Shown here piece by piece: positions 19,000 through 28,330 of a DNA stretch of 64,000 nt; the first letter of the stretch is position 1; each line of letters begins with the position of its first letter. The stretch is from Candidatus Eiseniibacteriota bacterium (GTDB lineage Bacteria > Eisenbacteria > RBG-16-71-46 > SZUA-252): positions 2,496,001 to 2,560,000 of the forward strand of contig OY969801.1 of assembly GCA_963703225.1 (NCBI GenBank). Reading direction: 5' to 3'. Under the pieces are notes generated by a model, which was not told where the DNA came from, did no database searches, and was given only the letters and a program-made list of their open reading frames with translations. Made by a program: the position numbers and the translations under genes.

Positions 19000-20033
19000 A
19001 GCGGCTTCGCGCCGCGATCCTCCGCTGGTACCGGAAGAATCGTCGTGATCTGCCCTGGCGTCGCACCAACGACCCCTACGCGATATGGGTCAGCGAGATC
19101 ATGCTCCAGCAGACCCGGGTCGAGACGGTGATCCCTTACTACGACCGATTCCTGCGCCGATTCCCCAATGTGAGATCCCTCGCCCGGGGGAGGGAGAACG
19201 ACGTTCTCGCCGCGTGGTCGGGCCTCGGCTACTACGGCCGTGCGAGAAACCTCCACCAATCAGCCGGCCTACTCGTTCGAGAGCACGGGGCCAAGATTCC
19301 AGCAGAGCTGGCGGATCTCCGCCGCCTTCCGGGCATCGGCGCCTACACGGCCGCGGCCATCGCGAGCGTCGCGTTCGACCGTCCCGCGGCGGCTGTGGAC
19401 GGGAACGTGATACGGGTGCTCGCGCGGATTCACGGACTGCGAGGGCGCCGCAACTCGACCGCGCTCCGACGCCAGGTCAACCCACTCGCCGAGGCTCTGG
19501 CCGAGGGACCCCATCCGGGTGACTGGACACAGGCGCTGATGGAGCTGGGGGCCACCATCTGCCTCCCGCGGGCGCCGCGCTGCGAGAGCTGCCCGGCGCG
19601 GGTGGTCTGCGCCGCCCGCCGGAGCGGCGACCCGGATCGCTACCCGGAGTCCGCCGCGGCACCGGTCCCCAGGCGGGAGGCGCGGGTGATCCTGCTCGTG
19701 CGTCGGAACGGCCGAGTCCTCCTGGTCCCGGAATCGGCGGAGAACTCCCGGGTCTGGTCGCTGCCGACGGCGCCGAGCAAGGGGCGGGGCAAGCGCGCGG
19801 CGGAGGTCTTGGCGAGAGGTCTCGGACAGCCGGGAGATCTCCGTGGTCCGACCGCCCGATTCCGCCACCGCACCTTTTCCCACGACCTGGAATTCCAGGT
19901 TTGGGAGACCGAATCACCCCCCGGAAAGGCCCCGGGCGGGGCCTGGCGGTGGGCCGATCCCAAGTCCATCGAAAGGATTCCTTTGCGAGGCCCTACTATT
20001 AAGGCAATCAACAGGTTACGCAGCAAAGAGTGA
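18996..20033 (+). CDS. mutY: A/G-specific adenine glycosylase
   Basis: RDLPWR, WVSEIMLQQT, WSGLGYY, LPGIGAYTA, VDGNV, Fe-S motif C-x6-C-x2-C-x5-C. Confidence 0.95.
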   Translation: MKRLRAAILRWYRKNRRDLPWRRTNDPYAIWVSEIMLQQTRVETVIPYYDRFLRRFPNVRSLARGRENDVLAAWSGLGYYGRARNLHQSAGLLVREHGAKIPAELADLRRLPGIGAYTAAAIASVAFDRPAAAVDGNVIRVLARIHGLRGRRNSTALRRQVNPLAEALAEGPHPGDWTQALMELGATICLPRAPRCESCPARVVCAARRSGDPDRYPESAAAPVPRREARVILLVRRNGRVLLVPESAENSRVWSLPTAPSKGRGKRAAEVLARGLGQPGDLRGPTARFRHRTFSHDLEFQVWETESPPGKAPGGAWRWADPKSIERIPLRGPTIKAINRLRSKE

Positions 20034-20062
20034 TTCCATCCTAGGCCGAAATGTGGTACAAT
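20034..20062 (+). promoter_or_regulatory. Extended -10 promoter for the S8 protease
   Basis: TG-N-TACAAT at 20054-20062 with TTCCAT 17 bp upstream of the hexamer. Confidence 0.45.
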
Positions 20063-20129
20063 ATTTGTCTTGATGGAGCTCTTCCACCTTAGTGTTCCAC
20101 TGCGACTCCCCAGCCAGCCCGAGGAGCCC

Positions 20130-22679
20130 ATGCAGCCACGGCCATCCTTCCCGCTCCACCTCGCCACCGTGCTTTTCCTCTCCCTCACCCTGTGCCTCTC
20201 GTCGGGCACCGCGGCGGCCACCCCTGCGCCCAGCCAACCGGGCGGAATCAGCAGGCTCCCGATGGCGCTCCGGGCGCCCGTGGACCCCACGCTCAAGATC
20301 AACCAACGCTTCCTGTCGCCAGGCGTCCAGGGCGTCACGATGGTCGACCTGTTCATCCAGGGCGATATTCAGCCGGAGCTTCTCCGCGCCCGCGGCATCG
20401 AGGTGAACACCGTGGCCGGCGGCTTCGCCACGGCGCGGTGCCCGCTCGGCCTGGTCAACAATCTCCTGACGGTGCCTGGAATTCAGCGCCTAAAGATCGC
20501 CGAGCGCTGTAAGCCGAATCTCGATTTGAGCGCGATCGACGTCGGCCTCCCCTTGGTGCGTACCAGCGTGCCGCCCGACTTCACGGGAGAGACGGGTGAG
20601 GGCGTCATCATCGGCGACGTGGACTCGGGCATCGATCTCGCGAACCCAGACTTCAAGCACCCCGACGGCACGACGCGGCTCATCGCCTTATGGGATCAGA
20701 CCGAGTCGGGCGCCGCACCGCCGGGATTCTCCTACGGCGCCTACTACACGCCCGCGCAGATCAACGCGGGGCTATCGACCGAAACCGATACCGATGGGCA
20801 CGGGACCCACGTGTTGGGCATCCTCGCGGGCGACGGAAGCTCGACCGGAAACGGAGTCCCCGCGTTCACCTACGTCGGGGTCGCTCCCAAGGCGGACATC
20901 TGCTTCGTCAAAACGGACTACAGCACGACCAAGATCATCGACGGGGTGAACTTCATCTTCCAGCGCGCCGCGGCGCTCGGAAAGAGGGCCGTCGTGAACC
21001 TGAGCCTCGGCACGCAGGACGGCCCGCACGACGGGACCTATCCCTTCGACACGATGATCAACGCGCTGACGGGCCCCGGCAAGATCGTCGTGGCCTCGGC
21101 GGGCAATGCCCAGGAAGACGGCATGCACGGCCAGCTCACGTTGAGCACGACGCCGCAAAACATGACCCTAAACATTCCCAACTACACGCGGAACATTGGA
21201 GCCGGGAATGACTACCTTCTCTTCTCGGGGTGGTACAAGGGGGGTGACCAAATCGCGCTCAAGATCACGACCCCGCGTGGGGCCGTCATCGGGCCCGTTC
21301 TGGCCTTCACCGACTTGACCGACGTCGCCACGGTCGACGGCTACATCAACATCCTGAACGGAACGGGCCTGAGCCCGAACAGCGACAATGAGATCTACAT
21401 CGAGATCTTCGACGCCATCGCGACCCAATCCCCAAGGCAGGGGACGTGGACATTCGAGTTCACGCCGACCGTCATCACCTCGACGGGCCAGGTGGACATG
21501 TACCTCTTCAATAACGGCCTGGGGAACGGGCTTGTCCTGACCCCTTGGGTGCAGGGCCTCTTTGTCGGTGGCGTGGTCGGATCACCCGCCTCGGCTGATT
21601 CGGTGATCGCGGCCGGGGCGCACACGACCAAGGCCTGCTGGTCGTCGATCGACGGATCCGGCTATTGCTGGAACCCGCTGCCCGCGCTGAACGACATCGC
21701 CGTCTTCTCCAGCTGGGGACCGCTGCGGAATGGCGCGTTGAAACCGGACATCACGGCCCCCGGCTTCGGCGTCGCGTCGTCCCTTTCGGCAGACAGGACC
21801 CCGGCCGCGAATCCGGCTCTGGTCGTGCCGGACGGCGTCCACGTGATGGAGGCCGGGACGAGCATGTCGTCGCCGCACGTGGCCGGGGCGGCCGTGCTCC
21901 TTTTGGCCAAGCAGGACTGGTCGACCGCGGGGCCCTCAGCGATTCGCGCCCGGCTTCAGCAGACCGCGCGGACCGACGCCTTCACGGGTTCGGTACCCAA
22001 CGTGACGTGGGGCGCCGGGAAGCTCAACATCGCGGCCGCCGTCGTGCCGCTCATGGCGCTCCAGATCACGCACCCCGCGAAGGGTCAGTACCTTCCGCCC
22101 GGGAAGGTCGACTCCGTTCGCGTCAACGTGACCGGCCCGGGCGCGGCCGATTCCGTGGTTCTCGATCTTTCGACCAATGGCGGGGCTTCGTACACGATCC
22201 CGCTGGGCAAGCTCACCGGCGTCGCACCGGGAGTGCCGCGGTCGCTCTCCTTTTTCGTCGATCTCTCGATGTCCACGACCCAGGGCAAGGTGAGGGGCAT
22301 CGTTTACCGAAGCGGCAACACGACCGTGACCTCATTCTCCGACAGCCTCTTCCTCATCCAGGCTCCGACCGGCGTCGAGACGGTTTCGACGGCGGCGGCG
22401 CCCCGTTTTGAGCTGGGTCCCAACGCGCCCAATCCGTTCAATCCAGTGACCACGATCGCATTCGGAGCCGACAGGGCCGGACGGGTCTCCCTCCGGATCT
22501 ACAGCGCGCAGGGGGCCCTCGTGCGGACGCTGGTCGACAAGCAGATGCCGGCGGGGCAATACCGAGTGCGCTGGGACGGCCGAAACGACGCGGGCAAGTC
22601 GGTCGCCTCGGGCGTCTATCTCTACCAGCTCTCGACGGCGGGGAAACACCTCACCCGAAAGATGAGCCTACTGAAGTAG
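20130..22679 (+). CDS. Secreted S8 (subtilisin-family) serine protease with C-terminal FlgD-Ig domain
   Basis: Signal peptide; triad GDVDSG / DGHGTHV / GTSMSSPHVAG; VASAGN; large insert in the catalytic domain; C-terminal PNAPNPFNP...WDGRNDAGKSVASGVYLY. Confidence 0.92.
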   Translation: MQPRPSFPLHLATVLFLSLTLCLSSGTAAATPAPSQPGGISRLPMALRAPVDPTLKINQRFLSPGVQGVTMVDLFIQGDIQPELLRARGIEVNTVAGGFATARCPLGLVNNLLTVPGIQRLKIAERCKPNLDLSAIDVGLPLVRTSVPPDFTGETGEGVIIGDVDSGIDLANPDFKHPDGTTRLIALWDQTESGAAPPGFSYGAYYTPAQINAGLSTETDTDGHGTHVLGILAGDGSSTGNGVPAFTYVGVAPKADICFVKTDYSTTKIIDGVNFIFQRAAALGKRAVVNLSLGTQDGPHDGTYPFDTMINALTGPGKIVVASAGNAQEDGMHGQLTLSTTPQNMTLNIPNYTRNIGAGNDYLLFSGWYKGGDQIALKITTPRGAVIGPVLAFTDLTDVATVDGYINILNGTGLSPNSDNEIYIEIFDAIATQSPRQGTWTFEFTPTVITSTGQVDMYLFNNGLGNGLVLTPWVQGLFVGGVVGSPASADSVIAAGAHTTKACWSSIDGSGYCWNPLPALNDIAVFSSWGPLRNGALKPDITAPGFGVASSLSADRTPAANPALVVPDGVHVMEAGTSMSSPHVAGAAVLLLAKQDWSTAGPSAIRARLQQTARTDAFTGSVPNVTWGAGKLNIAAAVVPLMALQITHPAKGQYLPPGKVDSVRVNVTGPGAADSVVLDLSTNGGASYTIPLGKLTGVAPGVPRSLSFFVDLSMSTTQGKVRGIVYRSGNTTVTSFSDSLFLIQAPTGVETVSTAAAPRFELGPNAPNPFNPVTTIAFGADRAGRVSLRIYSAQGALVRTLVDKQMPAGQYRVRWDGRNDAGKSVASGVYLYQLSTAGKHLTRKMSLLK

Positions 22680-22713
22680 CTGGAGTAGCGCTTCCCCCGC
22701 GTCACGCGCGCGG

Positions 22714-23673
22714 TCACGCGAAGGAGCGGGAAGCGACCGCAAGCCCTGCGATGTGGCGGTCCAGGGCGGCGCAATCGCCGAAGTGGAGGACGCCCCTCCC
22801 CAGGACCGCCGGCCCGCGACCGCCAATCCAGAGGGAGACCCGCTCTGGAAGCCTTCGGCGCAACTCGAGGACGAGCGCGAAGGCATAAGCCTGCGGCGCC
22901 CTCGGTGAGATGTCCACGAGAACGGCCTCGAGCGGGACTTCCGCGGCCAAGAGCGCCAACTCCTCGGAGGGGACGCCGGGGCCTAGATAGACCACCCGCC
23001 ATCCCCTTGTCGCGGCGACCAAACTTTCCATGAGAAGCCCGATTTCCTGCTGATCCCCAGGGAAGGTCGTGGCCGCCACGGACGGACCGGAAGCGCGCCC
23101 CTCGTAGGAGCGCCTCAGATCCCGAAGCGTGTCGGCGAGCAGGGCCGACGCGAACTGTTCGTGACGGAGCCCGATCTCGCCCTCAAGCCTCGCTTCCGCG
23201 AGCCGCCGCACCCATGGCTCCGCGCATTGGTCGAGAAACCGGACCGAACCCAGCTCGGCCCAGAGCGCGCGGAGCCGGGCCCCCATCTCCTCCCGATCGA
23301 ATGACGCCGCGATGGTGAGAAGGTCACCGCCGAGGTCCGCGTCTTCGGCGCCTGCCGCGCGCGCGGCAATCGGCTCGGCCGCGGCAGTCGACCCGAATGC
23401 CGGCCGCGCCGGGGCAACGGCCGTCAATGAGGAGACGGCGATTGGAGGAAGGCCCAGGATCTCGGCCGGACGATGCCCGAGCGCAAGCGCCCGCCGGACG
23501 TCGAGGAGATGGGGAACCACTTGCTGGGCGTAGAGACGGTGGCCAGATGGCTTTCGCGTGGAGCCGGGGACTCCGTATCTCCGCTCCCACGTACGAAGCG
23601 TTGCCGCGGGGATGCCGGTCGCCCGAGAGAGCGCTCCGATCGTGAGCCACGCCCTTTCCCCGCCCCTGGCCAT
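22714..23673 (-). CDS. MerR-family CarH/LitR-like regulator with degenerate cobalamin-binding domain
   Basis: TIGALSRATGIPAATLRTWERRYG...SGHRLY; GEIGLRHEQFAS; FPGDQQEIG; VVYLGPGVP; WIGG. Confidence 0.85.
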   Translation of the reverse strand: MARGGERAWLTIGALSRATGIPAATLRTWERRYGVPGSTRKPSGHRLYAQQVVPHLLDVRRALALGHRPAEILGLPPIAVSSLTAVAPARPAFGSTAAAEPIAARAAGAEDADLGGDLLTIAASFDREEMGARLRALWAELGSVRFLDQCAEPWVRRLAEARLEGEIGLRHEQFASALLADTLRDLRRSYEGRASGPSVAATTFPGDQQEIGLLMESLVAATRGWRVVYLGPGVPSEELALLAAEVPLEAVLVDISPRAPQAYAFALVLELRRRLPERVSLWIGGRGPAVLGRGVLHFGDCAALDRHIAGLAVASRSFA

Positions 23674-23723
23674 CCTTGCCACTCCCCCGAAGCTTGCCGC
23701 GCGCCTCTATTGCGAGCGCATTA

Positions 23724-23756
23724 TGAACTGATATTGAATAGAAACTGAATAGAAAA
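23724..23756. promoter_or_regulatory. Three tandem 11-bp direct repeats, candidate operator of the CarH-like gene
   Basis: TGAACTGATAT / TGAATAGAAAC / TGAATAGAAAA, overlapping a minus-strand CATAAT -10 at 23720-23725. Confidence 0.65.
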
Positions 23757-23763
23757 TGCCCGT

Positions 23764-25710
23764 CTAAATTCCGTAGGCCTCAGGGTCCCACTTGAGACCA
23801 AGCTCTGACGGGGGTGCCATGTAACCGGCCAGGGCCGAGGCCGCGACCACGGCCGGGCTCGCCAGGTATCCCTCGCCCCCCACCCCCATTCGATTCTGCC
23901 AATTCCTGTTGAACGAGGTGATCGCGCGCTCCCCCTTGGAGAGCGAGTCCGGCCCTTGCCCGAAGCAGGGCCCGCACCAAGATTCCCTGATCTCCCCTCC
24001 GGCCCGGCGAAAGACCGCGGCGATCGAGTCCCCTCCGAGCCGCGGGTCGCCCCGCTCGATCAGCCGCTTGACCGTTCCGCTTCCTGGGAAGATCACGAAC
24101 TCGTATCCCTTCCGGATCTTCTCGACGCCGACGTCGCGCGCGCCGTGGATCACGAGCGCGGCCTGGAGCAGGTCGTCGTAGCCGCCGTTGGTGCAGGAAC
24201 CGATCATCGCCTTCTGAAACGTGATCCGCTCCGTCGCCACTTCCTCCGCGGGGAAGGCGTTCCCTGGGCTAAAGGGCTTGGCGATCATCGGCGCGACCGT
24301 CGTGAGATCGAGCGTCTCGTCGATTTCGTATCGGGCGTCCTCACCGGGCGTGACCCGGGGATAAGGAAGGGCGAATCCACGCTCCCGATACCACGCCTCG
24401 GTCACCTCGTCCTGCGCGAAGATCCCGTTGAGGGCTTCCCCCTCCGCCATCATGTTCGCGATCGTATTCCGGTAGGGAATGGGCAACTCGCGCCCTCCGT
24501 CGACGAACTCGACCGACATCCCCTGCGACTGCCTCACGCCCCAGCCCTGGAGCAGGCGAAGCACGATGTCCTTGCCACTCACCCAGGGCTGGAGCTTCCC
24601 CGCGAACACGACGCGCCGCTGCTTGGCGACCGTGACGTAGATGTATCCGGTCGCCCAGCCGAATCCGAGCGTGGTGCTCCCCACCCCGATCCCGACCGCG
24701 CCGTACGCCCCGTATGCCCGGCTGTGCGAGTCGGCGCCAGGGTAGAACCCGCCCGGCGCGATCAATCCCTGCTCCGGGAAATAGAAGTGGAAGATGCCCG
24801 TGCCCGGCGGCGCGTAGTGCGGCGCCCGAATTCCGTGCTTCTGCGCGAACTCGCGCGAAATCGAGGTCTGCTTCTCGTCGGCCGCCTTCCCCGTGAAAAC
24901 GAAATGATCGTTGGCCACCGCGGCGAGCCGAGGGGGAACGTTCGGGTCTCCGACGATCTGCTGGAACGTGTGAATCGAGAATGGCGCGGTGCCGTCGGAG
25001 GCGGGCAGTAGTTCCGCGTACGCCTGAATCGTGGCACCCGGTTTGACCTCGGCCCTCCTGTCAACCCGATGCGCCCAGAGGATCTGTTCCGTGGCGGACA
25101 TGTGCCGCGCCTCGAGGGGATTGGGGAATTCGACCACCGGTTTCTTCCCCCGGGTCGCCGCGAACTCCCGCCGCCCCATGGCGATGATCCCTCCGCTCGC
25201 GCGAATCTCTTCTTCTTTCGCCGTCAGGGGCTTGGGCGCGTAGCTCTTCCCCTGGGTCGCGTTCCGAAGGCCGCGCGATTCGACGTCGAATTCCAGCTCG
25301 TCCCCGTCCCGCGCGTCCTCGACCGCTTCCAGACTCTGGGCGACGTGGAGCCCCAGGTTCACGGCGTTTCGCCGGAAGATGTCCCCCATGTTGGCGCCGC
25401 AGACGACCACCATCTCGCGACCCACTTCCTCCGCGATGCCCTTCAGCCCCGCGGGCGACATCTCGCGCGAGGAGCCGATCGCGAAGCGATCTCCCGCGAT
25501 CAAGAAATTCTCTCCGGCGTGGACCCGCTTCCGAAAGTCAGGCATGAGGTGCCGGAACGCCCCCGTTTTCCATTTCTCGTCGAGCGTGGCGAGGCTCTCC
25601 GACACGCAGTCCTCCGCCGGCGTGATCTGATCGGTGTCGATGGCGTCGAGCTTCTTGCCCGGCCGCTTGGGGTCCCAGAAAATGAGGGCGCGGCCCCGGA
25701 TGGTCTTCAT
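23764..25710 (-). CDS. Aconitase-superfamily hydro-lyase; swivel (LeuD-like) domain fused N-terminal to the [4Fe-4S] (LeuC-like) domain
   Basis: N-terminal IDTDQITPA, GSSRE, IFRRNAVNLG; then DH, DSHS, IGSCTNG, CGPCFG, SFNRNW, LASP. Confidence 0.88.
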   Translation of the reverse strand: MKTIRGRALIFWDPKRPGKKLDAIDTDQITPAEDCVSESLATLDEKWKTGAFRHLMPDFRKRVHAGENFLIAGDRFAIGSSREMSPAGLKGIAEEVGREMVVVCGANMGDIFRRNAVNLGLHVAQSLEAVEDARDGDELEFDVESRGLRNATQGKSYAPKPLTAKEEEIRASGGIIAMGRREFAATRGKKPVVEFPNPLEARHMSATEQILWAHRVDRRAEVKPGATIQAYAELLPASDGTAPFSIHTFQQIVGDPNVPPRLAAVANDHFVFTGKAADEKQTSISREFAQKHGIRAPHYAPPGTGIFHFYFPEQGLIAPGGFYPGADSHSRAYGAYGAVGIGVGSTTLGFGWATGYIYVTVAKQRRVVFAGKLQPWVSGKDIVLRLLQGWGVRQSQGMSVEFVDGGRELPIPYRNTIANMMAEGEALNGIFAQDEVTEAWYRERGFALPYPRVTPGEDARYEIDETLDLTTVAPMIAKPFSPGNAFPAEEVATERITFQKAMIGSCTNGGYDDLLQAALVIHGARDVGVEKIRKGYEFVIFPGSGTVKRLIERGDPRLGGDSIAAVFRRAGGEIRESWCGPCFGQGPDSLSKGERAITSFNRNWQNRMGVGGEGYLASPAVVAASALAGYMAPPSELGLKWDPEAYGI

Positions 25711-25773
25711 GAGGGAATTGTATCGCGCCCGAGCGCGCGACCGCTACTCGAGGCCCAAGGGTGGAGGAGGAGT

Positions 25774-28239
25774 CTATCGGGCGCGGCGGATATCGTCGAG
25801 GGCGCGCTCGAAGGCGACCCGCACCATGTCGAGAGCCTCGCTCTGGAGGGCGTCCTGGATGGCCGACTCGGCGCGGGGCGACTTGAGCTTCTGGAGGGAT
25901 CCAGCGGCCGCGCTCCGAACCCGGAACCAATGGTCCCGAAGCAGCTCGACCAAACGAGCCTCGACGCGATCCTCCAAGACGCCGACCTTTCCCAGCGCCT
26001 TCGTGGCCGCCTCGCGCGCCTCGTTCCTGAACCGGGGCTGCGTGTGGTCGAGGAGGATCGGAACAGCCCGACGATCTTTCAAGACCGCCATCCCGTCGAA
26101 GATGAGATAGCGAAGCATGTCCCGGTGGCTGTCGCGGCCCAGCTCGGCCTGGAGGGCCTCGAACGCTCCCGGGCGGCCCATCCGGGCGATGCCGAGCAGC
26201 GCCACGCCGACATTGAACGAGGAGGTCTCCGTCGCGACCGCGCGCTTGAGCCGACGGAAGGCCGGGTCGTCGCCGATCCACGCCATGGCCCAGAGAATGG
26301 CCCGGCGGACCCTCGTGTGCTGCCCCGAGGCCAACGGGGCGATCCGCTCCACGAGGCCCGACACCTTTCGCCCGATCTCCCCCAGAGAAACCGCGGCCGC
26401 CACGCGCACGCCCCAGAAGCGGTCCCGCTTGAGCGCGCGGAGGAGCGCCGCAATCACCCGCTCGTCGCCCCGGGCGGCCAGCTCCCGCGCGCAGCGGATC
26501 CGCTCGAGCGAGAAGGGAGAGTGGCTCAGCCCAAAGATCAGCTCCTCGTGGGACCGGGGAAATTCCATCTGCTTGAGCACGTCGTGCTCGGGATCGAGCG
26601 CCACGTAGCGCGGCCTTGCCGGCAGCGGAACGTGGATCGTCTCCCTCCGCCCGTGGACGTCGACGGTCAGCCGAACCCTTTTTCCCGCCGTCACGATTTC
26701 CAGGGTCATCGGCAGGCGAAAGAGCGGCGTCACATCGTCGGTCTCCTGCACCTGCTCGACCGTGATGAGAAGGCTCTTCGCCGCCTCATCCCAAAGGCGG
26801 CTCACCCGAAGCTCGGGGTGCCCACCGTGGTGGGCCCACTGGTCGAAGAACCAGGAGAGATTTCTCCCGGTCTCATCCTCGCACGCGCGGCGCAGATCGG
26901 CGGTTTCGACCGGACCAAACGCGTGGCGCGCGAGATAGGTACGGATGGAGCGGCGCCAGGCTGCGTCGCCCAGGACCGCCCGGAGCATGTGCAGCACGCA
27001 TGCTCCCTTTTCATAGAGATGGCGGTCGAAAATTGACGTGGGGTACTTCCAGCGCGTCTCGACCAGGCGGCGGCGATAGTCCTCCCCGTCCTCGGAGAGG
27101 TAGGAGCACATCTGCTCCAGCCGTGCGAAGTCGGCGTCGTCCCGCCCGTCGTCGGCCTCGCGGTAGACGATCTCGGAATAGGTCGCGAAGCCCTCGTTGA
27201 GCCAGCCGTCCGACCACTCCCGGCACGTCACGAGGTCCCCCCACCACTGGTGCGCCAGCTCGTGCGAGATGAGCGAGTCGTAGCTCTCGTCAAACGAATC
27301 GGCGGCCGATTGAAGCGCCCGCTCGAAGAGCGTGGTCGCGCTGGTGTTCTCCATGCCGCCGTAGGTGAAGTCGGGGACGGTCGTCTGCGCGTACTTCGGA
27401 TAGGGATACGGGTAACCGAAAACCTTGGAGAAGGTCGCGATCATGTGCGGGGTCTTCCGGAAGAGCGCCCTCCCCTCGCGCTCCTTCCCGCGCGGGACGT
27501 AGCCGAGGACCGGAATCTTCCCGGCGCGGTCTCTGATCTCGACGTATTTCCCGACGACGAGCGACGTCAGGTACGCGGGATGGGGCGTCTCCTGGCGCCA
27601 GTGGAACGTGACGGTTCGCCCCCGGGCGTTCTTGCGCCGGGAGAGAAGCCGTCCATTTCCGATCGCCCGAAACCCAGCGGGGACGGTCGCGATCATTTCC
27701 AGCGTCGCGCGGCTTTCGGTGCTCTCCAGGCAGGGAAACCACCAGTGCGCGTCGTCCGCTTGCCCTTGGGACCACGCGCAAGGGGTGCGGTCCGGCTCGG
27801 CCTCGGTCGGCCCGACGAAGAAGAACCCCTTGCGTGGGCTCGTCGCGTAGTCGACCTCGAACGTCGCCCGGGCGCCCACGCGTAACGGCCGGGGCAGAGC
27901 GAGCCGGAGACTCTCCCCTTCCTGGGCGTGGGGGAGGCGCCGCCTGCCCGAGCGCACCGCGTCGATCCTCATTTCCGCCGCGTCGAGCACGACGTGACGG
28001 AGCCCGTCGCGGAGCGCTTCGATGGTCAGCGTGGCGCGACCCGTGAGCTGTTTTCGCTCCACGTCGACGGTGAGCCGAATTCGATAATGGCGAACGTGGA
28101 AATCCAGATCGCGGCGTGGCGAATCCGGAGCGTTCCATGGCTTTCGTCCGGAGGGTGGAAATGGATCGAACGGGGGTGTATCCAGCGCGGCCCTGCGGCC
28201 GAGGAAAGCAGGATGAAAGAATGGATCATGGACCGCCAA
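25774..28239 (-). CDS. M1 family aminopeptidase with C-terminal HEAT repeats
   Basis: GGMEN, HELAH...WLNEGFA, YEKGA; HEAT-like DRFWGVRVAAA repeats. Confidence 0.92.
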   Translation of the reverse strand: MAVHDPFFHPAFLGRRAALDTPPFDPFPPSGRKPWNAPDSPRRDLDFHVRHYRIRLTVDVERKQLTGRATLTIEALRDGLRHVVLDAAEMRIDAVRSGRRRLPHAQEGESLRLALPRPLRVGARATFEVDYATSPRKGFFFVGPTEAEPDRTPCAWSQGQADDAHWWFPCLESTESRATLEMIATVPAGFRAIGNGRLLSRRKNARGRTVTFHWRQETPHPAYLTSLVVGKYVEIRDRAGKIPVLGYVPRGKEREGRALFRKTPHMIATFSKVFGYPYPYPKYAQTTVPDFTYGGMENTSATTLFERALQSAADSFDESYDSLISHELAHQWWGDLVTCREWSDGWLNEGFATYSEIVYREADDGRDDADFARLEQMCSYLSEDGEDYRRRLVETRWKYPTSIFDRHLYEKGACVLHMLRAVLGDAAWRRSIRTYLARHAFGPVETADLRRACEDETGRNLSWFFDQWAHHGGHPELRVSRLWDEAAKSLLITVEQVQETDDVTPLFRLPMTLEIVTAGKRVRLTVDVHGRRETIHVPLPARPRYVALDPEHDVLKQMEFPRSHEELIFGLSHSPFSLERIRCARELAARGDERVIAALLRALKRDRFWGVRVAAAVSLGEIGRKVSGLVERIAPLASGQHTRVRRAILWAMAWIGDDPAFRRLKRAVATETSSFNVGVALLGIARMGRPGAFEALQAELGRDSHRDMLRYLIFDGMAVLKDRRAVPILLDHTQPRFRNEAREAATKALGKVGVLEDRVEARLVELLRDHWFRVRSAAAGSLQKLKSPRAESAIQDALQSEALDMVRVAFERALDDIRRAR

Positions 28240-28330
28240 GGAGCCCCCCTCCGCTGGATCGCGAGGGAGGCATCCTCCCCGACCGGGGAGGGTCGTGTCA
28301 AGAGAGCCCGCTTCACGCTAGAATCGCCGG

